From an uncultured Sulfurospirillum sp. (GTDB lineage Bacteria; Campylobacterota; Campylobacteria; Campylobacterales; QNZT01): a DNA stretch of 55,386 nucleotides. The translations under genes and the position numbers were made by a program. The stretch is from contig CAZYZD010000001.1 of NCBI GenBank assembly GCA_964651755.1, positions 1 through 55,386 of the forward strand, given 5' to 3'. Shown here piece after piece: positions 19,966 to 29,447 of the stretch (position 1 is its first letter; each line of letters opens with the position of its first letter). Below the pieces are notes generated by a model. It was not told the origin of the DNA. It did not search any database and worked only from the letters and a program-made list of their open reading frames with translations.

Positions 19966-21274
19966 TCTTCAAATAGCACCGATATTAAAATGGCTTTTAA
20001 AAAGAGTTGTTTTCTTAAAAAAAGAGTTCTACCAATTATTGGATAAACTCATCTATCAAAAACAATCCCTGTTTTTACTGCACCCCTGGAGTGCTCATCG
20101 ATGTCCCTTTGAATCCATTCTTTTCTATAACCTTCTTGGTCGCATTTTATTTGGAACAAAAGAATTTCTGGCACTTATCACAAACGATAAACTTTTTTCA
20201 AAAAGTATCAAACTGGATGGATTTGATACAATCCCCGCCAAAATTTGGACAAAAGGTTCACCCCGCTCTTTATGGCCAAAATCCCCTTTTATCGATATCA
20301 AAAAAGAGCACCATCTCCCCGTAAGCTATTTGGAAAAAATTACAAACTCTTATCATCTGGCAAATCAACAGTTTCAGGAGAATATCGACAAAACAAAAGA
20401 CTGGGAAGAAATCTCAAAAAAGTTCCAGCTACTTCTATTTGATACGAACCGGCAAATAAAAAAAGAGATACTGATTAACTTTCGCAAAAATCATCTTTTT
20501 GAACAAATTATTGCAGACAGTTTTACGCAAGTAGATACGACCAAAAGTTATATTAGTCAGTATCTCGATGCAATTGACCTTGTTCTGGCATATCACAGAC
20601 TTGCTGCAGTAGTAGACAAAGAGATTCTTGCTTCTCTAAGTGAAAGTTATGCTGGAAATACAACCTGTGTACACTACCGTAATCTCAGACTAAGTGAAAA
20701 ATTGCTCTTTTATGCTGTAGCTACACATGATATTGTCCATCATATGCCGTCAAATCCTGACAAAAAAGCCGTGCTTCTTGATATCGGTACCGGTTATGGA
20801 GCATTGCCGGTAATACTAAAACAATACATACCCAATTCATGCCATATTTTGGTTGATCTTCCCGAAATACTGGTTTTTACTGCATATTATGTACATTACC
20901 ATTTTCCGGAGAAAAAGATTGCACTGTTGTCTGACATTGCAGACCGGCTGGATCATTTTGAGTCACTGTTGGAAGAATATGACTTTATTCTTATACCGCC
21001 AAAGGTACTTGAACATATTCCGAAACATTCTGTTGACCTTGTCATCAATACTGCATCTATGGGATTTTTATCACAAAATTTTTTGGAATTCTATCTGGAT
21101 CGTATCAACTCTGTTCTCAAAAAAGGCGGACTTTTTTACTCTATCAACAAAACAGAAACATGCCAATGGGGAGTCGGGATGTATGAATGGAGTTTTAAAA
21201 AAGATTATCTTACTATACTACTCTCTTATAATAACCGATTTTCATATCCACAATGGCTCGGAAGGAAACTTTGA
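19925..21274 (+). CDS. SAM-dependent methyltransferase-like protein (possible sugar O-methyltransferase)
   Basis: Class I MTase motif I-like VLLDIGTGYGALPVIL in the C-terminal half, preceded by a long N-terminal domain. Start uncertain (alternative ATGs at 19952/19955). Confidence 0.55.
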   Translation: MHLKPLFLSMMKNNLQIAPILKWLLKRVVFLKKEFYQLLDKLIYQKQSLFLLHPWSAHRCPFESILFYNLLGRILFGTKEFLALITNDKLFSKSIKLDGFDTIPAKIWTKGSPRSLWPKSPFIDIKKEHHLPVSYLEKITNSYHLANQQFQENIDKTKDWEEISKKFQLLLFDTNRQIKKEILINFRKNHLFEQIIADSFTQVDTTKSYISQYLDAIDLVLAYHRLAAVVDKEILASLSESYAGNTTCVHYRNLRLSEKLLFYAVATHDIVHHMPSNPDKKAVLLDIGTGYGALPVILKQYIPNSCHILVDLPEILVFTAYYVHYHFPEKKIALLSDIADRLDHFESLLEEYDFILIPPKVLEHIPKHSVDLVINTASMGFLSQNFLEFYLDRINSVLKKGGLFYSINKTETCQWGVGMYEWSFKKDYLTILLSYNNRFSYPQWLGRKL

Positions 21275-21984
21275 TGAAAAAACATAACAATAATCTCAGG
21301 ATTTATACCAATGCAGATATGTCACATCAAAATACACTTTGGTTTCAAATATCTCTTTTTATCGACTCCATAAAATTAAATGGTATAGGAAACACACTGA
21401 AACGACTGAGCCAACGACTTTACTATAAATATAAAGGAATAGATTTCAGTACACAAAACCTGCATAATCTCACCCTCACGGGGGAATACCAGACACATGG
21501 CACAGCATTGGTCTCTTCCTCAAAATACTTCTTTCAAAGAGTCTTTTCGGAACTTGAATCAATCGCAGGAAAAAAAATTGAAAAAAATCTTTTTATTGAT
21601 TACGGCAGCGGAAAAGGTGCAGCTATTATTCATGCAAAGAACCTGGGATTTAATGAAACAATAGGTATAGAATTTGCCAAAGAACTTCATGAAACTGCAC
21701 TCTCAAATATTCGAAAACTAGGTTTAACAAAAGTTACATCACTCTACCAGGATGCAACAACCTTTATACCTCCGCCATATACCTCTGTGATATACTTTTT
21801 CAACCCTTTTGACGAAGTTGTTATGGAAAAAGTTGCACAAAATATTAAACAACAACAATTTATGAACGATGTATACATAATTTATGGTCGCCCTACCTGT
21901 TCAATGGTTCTGGATCGCTACTTTACACTACTTGGAACTAAAGAACATGAGAGTGGTGCCATAGTCAATTACTATAAAGTCTAA
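21274..21984 (+). CDS. class I SAM-dependent methyltransferase
   Basis: Motif I FIDYGSGKGAAII and an acidic loop GIEF. Start placed at the ATG at 21274, which overlaps the upstream TGA by 1 nt and has GGAAGGAA upstream. Confidence 0.6.
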   Translation: MKKHNNNLRIYTNADMSHQNTLWFQISLFIDSIKLNGIGNTLKRLSQRLYYKYKGIDFSTQNLHNLTLTGEYQTHGTALVSSSKYFFQRVFSELESIAGKKIEKNLFIDYGSGKGAAIIHAKNLGFNETIGIEFAKELHETALSNIRKLGLTKVTSLYQDATTFIPPPYTSVIYFFNPFDEVVMEKVAQNIKQQQFMNDVYIIYGRPTCSMVLDRYFTLLGTKEHESGAIVNYYKV

Positions 21985-21994
21985 AGGTTTTTTT

Positions 21995-23896
21995 ATGTGC
22001 GGGATAGCCGGTTTTATCGATTTCAATAAACGACTAAATAAAAAATTACTGGTCGATATGACTGATGTATTGTATCATCGGGGACCCGATGACAGCGGCT
22101 ATCAATTCATACCTTCATCAACAACACATATAGGACTGGGGCATAGACGACTCTCTATCCTTGATCTTTCCAAACATGGTCATCAACCGATGCAATTTCA
22201 AGATATCTCTCTTGTTTATAATGGAGAAATCTACAATTTTCAAGAAATCCGACAAGAATTGCAAGAGCATAATTATACTTTTACTTCACATTCAGATACA
22301 GAAGTCATTCTTAAGGCATATCATAAATGGGGATTACAAGCGATTCATAAATTTAACGGTATGTTCAGTATCGCTATTTATGACAAACTAAATGAGAAAT
22401 TTTTTCTGATTAGAGATCGAGCCGGGGTTAAACCTCTCTATTATTATAAAAAAGACAATACACTACTCTATAGTAGTGAATTAAAAAGTTTTCACCAATA
22501 TCCATCTATGGATAAAAAACTCAATACCGATGCCCTGCAGCTATTTTTACAATACCAGTATATCCCCGAACCTCATTCTATTTTTACGAATGTACATAAA
22601 GTCCGGGCAGGTCACTATCTTGAAATCAACTTAAAGACGAAAGCACTCAGGGAACAAAAATACTGGGATGTAATCGAACACTACAACAAACCCAAACTTG
22701 ATATTTCAGAAAGTGAAGCAGTAGAAGAGACAGAAAAACTCTTAACTGATGCATTTGCTTATAGAATGGTTTCAGATGTACCTGTCGGCATTTTTCTGAG
22801 TGGAGGATATGACAGTTCAATCGTAACCGCACTCCTGCAAAAAAACAGTACTGACCGATTAAAAACATATACAATTGGATTTCATGAAAAAGGATTTGAC
22901 GAAGCACCTTATGCCGCCAAAGTTGCAGAGTATCTTGGATGTGACCACACAGAATATTACTGTACTCAACAAGATGCAGTAGAGATTATCCCCAAACTTG
23001 CTGAAATTTACGACGAACCTTTCAGTGACAGTTCTGCTATTCCAACTGTTCTTGTAAGCCAGCTTGCCCGAAAAGATGTTACTGTCTCTTTAAGTGCAGA
23101 TGGTGGTGATGAAATTTTTGCCGGTTACGATACTTATACCCGAACTTTACAATATTTTAACTTTTTTAAAAAATTTCCTCTATCGGCACGAAAACCGTTA
23201 GCCGGATTAATGGATCTTGTAAATCCTGATTATATTCCTCTGTTTAGCAAAACTTATAACCATAAAACACGCTATGAAAAAGTCAAAGAGATTTTGCGCT
23301 CTGCACACTGTGTGGAGGCAATGAATCTTACAGGTATGTATTTTACCGCTTCTGAAGCATCAGAACTGCTTCACCAAAACAGTATGGCAATCTCTACAAA
23401 TTTTGACAACTATCCTCTGCTCAACAGCTATAATGACGATATCAACCAAATGTTGGCAATCGACTATACTACATACATGAGAGATGATATTCTTACCAAA
23501 ATTGACAGAGCCACTATGAGTGTTTCACTCGAAGGACGTGAACCTTTACTAGATTACAGGATTATCGAATTTGTAGCCCAGCTGCCATCCCATTTTAAAT
23601 ACAAAAACGGAAACAAAAAATATCTTCTAAAAGAGATTGCCCACCGACATTTGCCAAAAGAGCTTATGGACAGACCCAAAATGGGATTTGGCGTACCCAT
23701 ATTTGAATGGTTCAGAGATGAACTCAAAACCTATTTTACAATCTATCTGGAAAGAACACGCCTTGAAAAAGAGGGAATCTTCAATGTAGACAAAGTACTG
23801 CAACTCAAAAAAAGTTATATGGAAGGGAAGGCAGAAAATATTGAAAAGCTCTGGTCTATTTTAATGTTTGAAATGTGGTACGAAAGATGGATGTAA
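21995..23896 (+). CDS. asnB: asparagine synthase (glutamine-hydrolysing) family amidotransferase
   Basis: Canonical Ntn start MCGIAGF, HRGPDD, PP-loop FLSGGYDSSIVTALL, C-terminal synthetase domain. Confidence 0.88.
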   Translation: MCGIAGFIDFNKRLNKKLLVDMTDVLYHRGPDDSGYQFIPSSTTHIGLGHRRLSILDLSKHGHQPMQFQDISLVYNGEIYNFQEIRQELQEHNYTFTSHSDTEVILKAYHKWGLQAIHKFNGMFSIAIYDKLNEKFFLIRDRAGVKPLYYYKKDNTLLYSSELKSFHQYPSMDKKLNTDALQLFLQYQYIPEPHSIFTNVHKVRAGHYLEINLKTKALREQKYWDVIEHYNKPKLDISESEAVEETEKLLTDAFAYRMVSDVPVGIFLSGGYDSSIVTALLQKNSTDRLKTYTIGFHEKGFDEAPYAAKVAEYLGCDHTEYYCTQQDAVEIIPKLAEIYDEPFSDSSAIPTVLVSQLARKDVTVSLSADGGDEIFAGYDTYTRTLQYFNFFKKFPLSARKPLAGLMDLVNPDYIPLFSKTYNHKTRYEKVKEILRSAHCVEAMNLTGMYFTASEASELLHQNSMAISTNFDNYPLLNSYNDDINQMLAIDYTTYMRDDILTKIDRATMSVSLEGREPLLDYRIIEFVAQLPSHFKYKNGNKKYLLKEIAHRHLPKELMDRPKMGFGVPIFEWFRDELKTYFTIYLERTRLEKEGIFNVDKVLQLKKSYMEGKAENIEKLWSILMFEMWYERWM

Positions 23897-23921
23897 GAGA
23901 ACCTTTAAAAAAAGGCTCTCT
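23896..23921. terminator. hairpin between convergent genes (possible bidirectional terminator)
   Basis: agagaaccttt-aaaa-aaaggctctct forms an 11-bp stem with one mismatch, flanked by A/T runs, in the 33-nt gap between asnB (+) and the secreted repeat protein gene (-). Confidence 0.5.
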
Positions 23922-23929
23922 TTAAAATA

Positions 23930-25105
23930 TTAATTTGGTGAAAGTGTAATATTATCTAAAAAACCACCGGTAGTAAATATCTCTATAACTGTATTGATAT
24001 TATTTTCTGGTTCAAGTTTATGCAGTTCTGCTTCAAGATCAACACGAAAATGTTCCCAAAGATAAACATCAGTATAGCCATAACCACGCACAAGCTCAAT
24101 AGGAGAAGGATAAACCAGATGTACATTTCCTGATCCGTAATCATAACGCATCGGACCTGCTCCCTGATGGTTATACCATGAATCCCAGTACATCTTTCTT
24201 TCACCCTGCTCAGTGATAACACGCACTCCTATGACATAGTGAGGCATTTTTGTACCTACACCGCCTACATCTACATCCAGAAATTTATTTGTTGTAGGAT
24301 CAATAGCAAGATAATATTCAGCCTCATTATGCCAAACACCGTTTACTTTTTTCCACTTCGTAGGAAATTTGATACATCCACTGCTATGATAACCGGAAGC
24401 GATACGAGAAGGATGTTGATTCCCTTCTGCAACTATCCAGTTATTGATACCGTTTTCCGCATCTTCATATACAATTGGTTCTGCAACAGGTTGATCACTC
24501 TGTACTTTAAAAAAATATGAAGCTTCACTATTAAATGAATTATTAAAAAATGCACGTGCTTCATAATCTCCTTCGGGAAGATTGTCAAGCGTAATTGTGC
24601 CATTTCTGATACCATCTGTCCATGCCCAGCTTACTACATTGTTCCAATCGTTAGATGAGCCTGCCGGATAAATACCTACCCAGTCTTCACCATCTCCCAG
24701 CATATGTTTGACAATTACACGTACTGTTTCATCCGGTGTATAAAGATCTTTTGAAGTTTTAATCGTAGTCACCGCATTGCCATTTTGTACACTGAAAGAG
24801 ACTGCTGCTTCTGTATGAAACGAATTTTGATAAAAAACTCTTGCTTCATAATTTCCCTGAGGAAGTGCATCAAGTATCACCGTACCGCTTTTTACACCGC
24901 CGGTCCACGACCAGTTCACTACATTGTCCCAGTCATTTGAAGCACCGGAAGGATAAATACCTACCCAATCTTCACTATCTCCCAGCATATTGTCAAATGT
25001 TACTACGATATCTTCATCAGACGTATAAACATCCTGGCTTACATTGATTGTCGCCGCGTGCAATGCAGATATAAATAACATGATTGATACCATCCACTTT
25101 AACAT
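23930..25105 (-). CDS. secreted protein: two tandem ~95-aa beta-sandwich-like repeats plus a C-terminal jelly-roll-like domain
   Basis: Signal peptide MLKWMVSIMLFISALHA. Repeat pair ...MLGDSEDWVGIYPSGASNDWDNVVNWSWTGG...NYEARVF / ...MLGDGEDWVGIYPAGSSNDWNNVVSWAWTDG...DYEARAF. The C-terminus ends GGFLDNITL, like carbohydrate-binding modules. Confidence 0.55.
   Translation of the reverse strand: MLKWMVSIMLFISALHAATINVSQDVYTSDEDIVVTFDNMLGDSEDWVGIYPSGASNDWDNVVNWSWTGGVKSGTVILDALPQGNYEARVFYQNSFHTEAAVSFSVQNGNAVTTIKTSKDLYTPDETVRVIVKHMLGDGEDWVGIYPAGSSNDWNNVVSWAWTDGIRNGTITLDNLPEGDYEARAFFNNSFNSEASYFFKVQSDQPVAEPIVYEDAENGINNWIVAEGNQHPSRIASGYHSSGCIKFPTKWKKVNGVWHNEAEYYLAIDPTTNKFLDVDVGGVGTKMPHYVIGVRVITEQGERKMYWDSWYNHQGAGPMRYDYGSGNVHLVYPSPIELVRGYGYTDVYLWEHFRVDLEAELHKLEPENNINTVIEIFTTGGFLDNITLSPN
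24497..25054 (-). repeat. internal tandem duplication (2 x ~285 nt) within the CDS
   Basis: Residues ~18-108 and ~111-203 align at a constant 95-aa offset with many identical positions (DWVGIYP, SNDW, NVV, YEAR, NSF). Confidence 0.7.
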
Positions 25106-25277
25106 ATCACTACTTCTCCCACCTTCTTTTAATAAAATAATTTTATAGTATCATATCGATAAATATTTTGTCAATTATTATTAATTTTGTCTTTTAAACT
25201 ATACCTTTTTCAAAAGTATTTTATTACCAGAAAAGAGCTACAATAAAACACTACAGCACAGCGCAAGAGGTTCTTTT

Positions 25278-26558
25278 ATGAAGCAAACCCGTTCAATCAG
25301 CACAAAAAAGAGATTACTTCACAATTTCTTTTCTCTGTCGGTACTGCAAATTATCAACAATATTATTCCATTACTGGTTTTTCCTTATCTCATCAGAGTA
25401 CTTGGTATAGAAAATTTTGGTATCCTTGCTTTTGTACTGGCAGTCACTGCCTATGGAATGATTTTGACAGATTACGGGTTTGATCTTTCCGCTACAAAAC
25501 TGGTATCCATTCACCGGGAGAACCAGGAAAAACTTAATGAAATTTTCAGTTCTGTTATTACTATTAAAATTTTTCTGGGAGTTATCTATTTTGTTACAAT
25601 TATCCTGCTTGTTCTTTTTGTAGATAAATTTGCACAAAATAGTTTACTCTATTTTCTCGCATTCGGGCTGGTTCTAGGTGAGATACTTTTTCCTACATGG
25701 TTTTTTCAGGGTATGGAACAGATGCGGTTCATTACCATTATCAATGCAATAGCCAAAATCACATTTACACTGATGATTTTTATATTTGTCAAAAATCCTT
25801 CAGATTTGTATATCGTCCCTATGTTAAATTCGATGGGTGCAGTATCGGCTGCTGTAAGTGCTCTATATGTGACTAAAAAATATTTTCATATCTCTTTTCA
25901 ACCCCAGAAGTACCAGACACTTTTATACTATCTCAAAGACGGATGGTACATTTTTACATCACGTATTGCTGTTGAACTATACATCACTTCCAATGTAATT
26001 ATCCTGGGATTGCTTGCTTCAAATACAGTAGTAGGCTATTATTCTGTTGTAGAAAAAACGATCAACGCTATCGGAAGATTGCTGGATCCGATTACCAGAA
26101 CAGTTTATCCCTATCTTGCAAAACTCTATCAGGATTCGGTTGTATTGTTTTACAAAAGAAATACCCAACTCTCATTTTTGATTTTCATCCTGATGCTTCC
26201 TATGGCAATCATACTTTATATCTATGCAGAAGAGATTTTACATCTTGTTGCCGGTGACAGGGTTACAGATGAAATGATACACCTTTTACGTATACTCTCA
26301 TGTATTTTGCCTTTTTACCTTTATGGGAGTCAGTATACCAATATGCTTGTAACACTTAATGAAACCAAACTTCTTAACAAAATTGTTACCATAGCGGGAA
26401 TCAGCAATATCATCATCGCACCGATTGCCATCTCTTTATACGGTGCAGTTGGTCTTGCCTGGACAAATGTACTTATTATGTACGGTATCTATACTTCAAA
26501 AGGTTATTTTACTCTCTATAAATTCAAAAAAAGAGATATGCAGCATTTACAAGTATAA
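25278..26558 (+). CDS. wzx: Wzx-type polysaccharide flippase (MOP superfamily)
   Basis: 426 aa, about 12 TM helices. The N-terminal region LLHNFFSLSVLQIINNIIPLLVFPYLIRVLGIENFGILAF is typical of O-antigen/EPS flippases. Confidence 0.8.
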   Translation: MKQTRSISTKKRLLHNFFSLSVLQIINNIIPLLVFPYLIRVLGIENFGILAFVLAVTAYGMILTDYGFDLSATKLVSIHRENQEKLNEIFSSVITIKIFLGVIYFVTIILLVLFVDKFAQNSLLYFLAFGLVLGEILFPTWFFQGMEQMRFITIINAIAKITFTLMIFIFVKNPSDLYIVPMLNSMGAVSAAVSALYVTKKYFHISFQPQKYQTLLYYLKDGWYIFTSRIAVELYITSNVIILGLLASNTVVGYYSVVEKTINAIGRLLDPITRTVYPYLAKLYQDSVVLFYKRNTQLSFLIFILMLPMAIILYIYAEEILHLVAGDRVTDEMIHLLRILSCILPFYLYGSQYTNMLVTLNETKLLNKIVTIAGISNIIIAPIAISLYGAVGLAWTNVLIMYGIYTSKGYFTLYKFKKRDMQHLQV

Positions 26559-26563
26559 AAATC

Positions 26564-27805
26564 TCATAAAATCGTATTTTTTGCAACCTCTTTGTTTTCC
26601 CAAAAGAGTTCGGCAACAAAAGCAGCTATTACCAACATCATGAGATTAAGCTTGTCATAATAACTCACTCCTCCCATATCATAGACAAAAACAGCCAATA
26701 CAAAAAAAATCAGCAAAAAACGAATAAACTGATCTTTCACGTACCAAGCCTTTACCAAAACAAAAAAATGTATCGCATAGTAAAGTACCAATCCTGTCAA
26801 TCCACAATCTGCCAGAAGTTCTGTAAAGTTGTTATGCGAATATACCCCCTGATAGGAACGAACAGTATCTACACCTGTTCCAAACAAAGGATTTTCTTTA
26901 AAAGTCTGTAATGCAGTCGCTATGAATTCAAGCCGTTCTTCTGCACTATGCTCAACACTTTCACCGGATAAAGAAGCAAAGATATAACCTATCCTCTCTA
27001 TCCCAAACTCAACTATCTGTGCCAGTTGCATCCATTTCTGATCATCAATAAAAAGCAGTGCCATAATCAAAAGTACAATACCACTCCAAATCATAAAAGC
27101 CCTCCTCTCTTTATCCCAGAATGAAACTATAATAAAGAAAAAAATAAGAGCAAAAGCGACAACCAACCCTGTACGTGAAACTGTTATCAAAATCACATAA
27201 TAGGAAAGTACAATATTGACGATACCCAGAAGCAAAAACAGCTTGTTTTTCGTAATCTGCATCCATAGAATTGTCACAAAAATAGTATAAAACATAAATG
27301 CAGAAGTAATATTCGGATTGATTGTCGTTCCCATAAACCGAATAGTTCCCTCAAAATAAGGCACAAATGAGACTGGAAACAGACCGACTGCGATTAATAC
27401 ATTTACCAATGTACCGATAAAAAGTCCAAAAAAGAGTGCTGAAAACATACGATACTTTTTCAGAATATTGTATACCAGCAGCAAATTGATTGTAATTTTA
27501 ACCATTCGACCAATCATTTCCGAGCTAATGGCATAATCAATCGACCAAAAGAGAGAAGCAGCACAATAGAGAAAAAAGAGAATATACCCCACAGTTACAC
27601 TGTTGAAATAGAACTGTCTGTCACTATATAAAAATTCCAGAAAAAGAAAATATCCCACCATAACAACATTTGCCAAATTGCTGTAAATAACATTATCGGG
27701 TCTGGCAAATATAATCAATGAAGCAAAATAGAACATAATCACCACATACATACCAAGCAGCAAAAAATGCGGTAATTGTGTCGGGGAAGCTTTCATTTGT
27801 ATCAT
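26564..27805 (-). CDS. O-antigen ligase/polymerase-like (Wzy family) membrane protein
   Basis: 413 aa, polytopic (>=10 TM helices), with a large periplasmic loop containing HSAEERLEF...NPLFGTGVD...YSHNNF, as in the Wzy_C/O-antigen ligase domain. Confidence 0.7.
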   Translation of the reverse strand: MIQMKASPTQLPHFLLLGMYVVIMFYFASLIIFARPDNVIYSNLANVVMVGYFLFLEFLYSDRQFYFNSVTVGYILFFLYCAASLFWSIDYAISSEMIGRMVKITINLLLVYNILKKYRMFSALFFGLFIGTLVNVLIAVGLFPVSFVPYFEGTIRFMGTTINPNITSAFMFYTIFVTILWMQITKNKLFLLLGIVNIVLSYYVILITVSRTGLVVAFALIFFFIIVSFWDKERRAFMIWSGIVLLIMALLFIDDQKWMQLAQIVEFGIERIGYIFASLSGESVEHSAEERLEFIATALQTFKENPLFGTGVDTVRSYQGVYSHNNFTELLADCGLTGLVLYYAIHFFVLVKAWYVKDQFIRFLLIFFVLAVFVYDMGGVSYYDKLNLMMLVIAAFVAELFWENKEVAKNTIL

Positions 27806-27867
27806 GATGTTAAATAGATTCCATTATTTGTTTTAGTACTTTAACATCGCTTATTTTCAGAAAAAGT

Positions 27868-29328
27868 TTAACGTATAGCAGTATTGAATTTCAGAAGTTC
27901 CCTCCACCATGACTGCCGTACAAAATCAGAAAAACGGGTATTGTCATTATCTGCCCAGATATGGATGCTATCTATCAAACCATCTTTATAGTATCCATAC
28001 AATGTCTCCAGATACCACTTAAAATCCTCACCGTGTAACGGCTTATGTGCCAGTTTTGCACTATACGCCCACCCCTCTGTATAATGCGGACTAATAGAAG
28101 CAATAACAGATACATCAGGATTTAACCGTTTAATCTCCATAAACTTACTCAGCATATACCCTTCCTGCTTTCTTCTGCCCTCTTTTGTACTCAAATCAAA
28201 CATTGGATAAGCAAGAGGCATCACATAATCCACTACATCTATAAGCGGCTTATATATTAATGAATCATTAAGATGCCACTCGTCATAATCGATCCGCCAA
28301 TGTGTACTGCTTCCTTTTGCCAAAGCGGTATTGTCCAAATTTTTACGATTATCATTGTAACGATTCCAAAGCACTACACTGTTCCACAATCCTACCTTTG
28401 TATGTGGCAACAGTCTCTTGACACCAAGAATGGCTTCGAGTTTTTTTGCCATTGCATCTCTGACAATCTTTTTACCATGATTACGCACTTTTTCGGTATT
28501 GAGAAACTTACTGACAAAAGCACCGTATGGAGAGTATTCTCTGATTACATACTCCAGTACAGAAGGTACATGCTCGATATCAAGCACTACTATCCCCTCT
28601 TTGGTATCTATTTTCCTGCAAGCTGCAGCACTCTTTAAATCATGAAGAACCAACATTTGAAGTTTTTTGATATTTGGACGACTCAACACTCTTGATTTAC
28701 TGTCATCCAGAAAGGGTACAGGTTCATAAAAATCATCCACCCAGTACATGGTACTGTTGGTCAAACCATATTGACGCATCGTGCCGTCTTTGGTATGTCT
28801 GCGAAGATAGACTTCTTTGTCGCCTGCACCTCCCTCTATATCATCATATATTTTAAACTGATGAGATACCTGACTAACAAAAGAACTCCCTTTTTGCGTC
28901 AAAGCTGAAAAACTTTCAGAAATTTGCTGTCCATTTTTCAGATAAAATATAATCCTATACCGATATGAAGTACCTGACAAAAGATCTCTATCTGCAAAAC
29001 CATTCCATCTATGCCCAATATCTTTTGCTTTTCGGTTAATAATCTTTTTCAAAGGTTTATTTTGACGAACTATCTCAACATGATCGATACTGTAACCATT
29101 TTCATCCCACTCAATATAGAGAGTATGCATACCGCTGTATATATCAATATGAATTTTCCCCTTGATCGACTTTATCAAGCTATCTTTTAGAGTATCCAGG
29201 GAAGTATCATTTTTATGTAGTTTTTGTATAACTTCTTCTAGTCTGTTTATCTGCATATTTGCCTCACAAACTCTCAAAAAAAGAAAGAATACAATAATAC
29301 CGAACAACCATTTTTTTTCTCGTTTCAT
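27868..29328 (-). CDS. secreted or membrane-anchored hypothetical protein (possible glycan-processing enzyme)
   Basis: N-terminal hydrophobic signal/anchor WLFGIIVFFLFLRVCEA. About 80 aa of beta-rich N-terminal domain, then a ~330-aa Trp/Tyr/Asp-rich domain (VVLDIEH, WVDDFYEP, IHIWADND). No family assigned. Confidence 0.4.
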   Translation of the reverse strand: MKREKKWLFGIIVFFLFLRVCEANMQINRLEEVIQKLHKNDTSLDTLKDSLIKSIKGKIHIDIYSGMHTLYIEWDENGYSIDHVEIVRQNKPLKKIINRKAKDIGHRWNGFADRDLLSGTSYRYRIIFYLKNGQQISESFSALTQKGSSFVSQVSHQFKIYDDIEGGAGDKEVYLRRHTKDGTMRQYGLTNSTMYWVDDFYEPVPFLDDSKSRVLSRPNIKKLQMLVLHDLKSAAACRKIDTKEGIVVLDIEHVPSVLEYVIREYSPYGAFVSKFLNTEKVRNHGKKIVRDAMAKKLEAILGVKRLLPHTKVGLWNSVVLWNRYNDNRKNLDNTALAKGSSTHWRIDYDEWHLNDSLIYKPLIDVVDYVMPLAYPMFDLSTKEGRRKQEGYMLSKFMEIKRLNPDVSVIASISPHYTEGWAYSAKLAHKPLHGEDFKWYLETLYGYYKDGLIDSIHIWADNDNTRFSDFVRQSWWRELLKFNTAIR

Positions 29329-29447
29329 AAAGTTATTTTAACATAGAACAAACTATTTTACAAAAGAGAACTTCTCTTATAATTTGTCTAAAAAAAAATT
29401 TTGCATAGCCGATACTGTTTCTATGAATTTATACAAGGAACAGAGCA

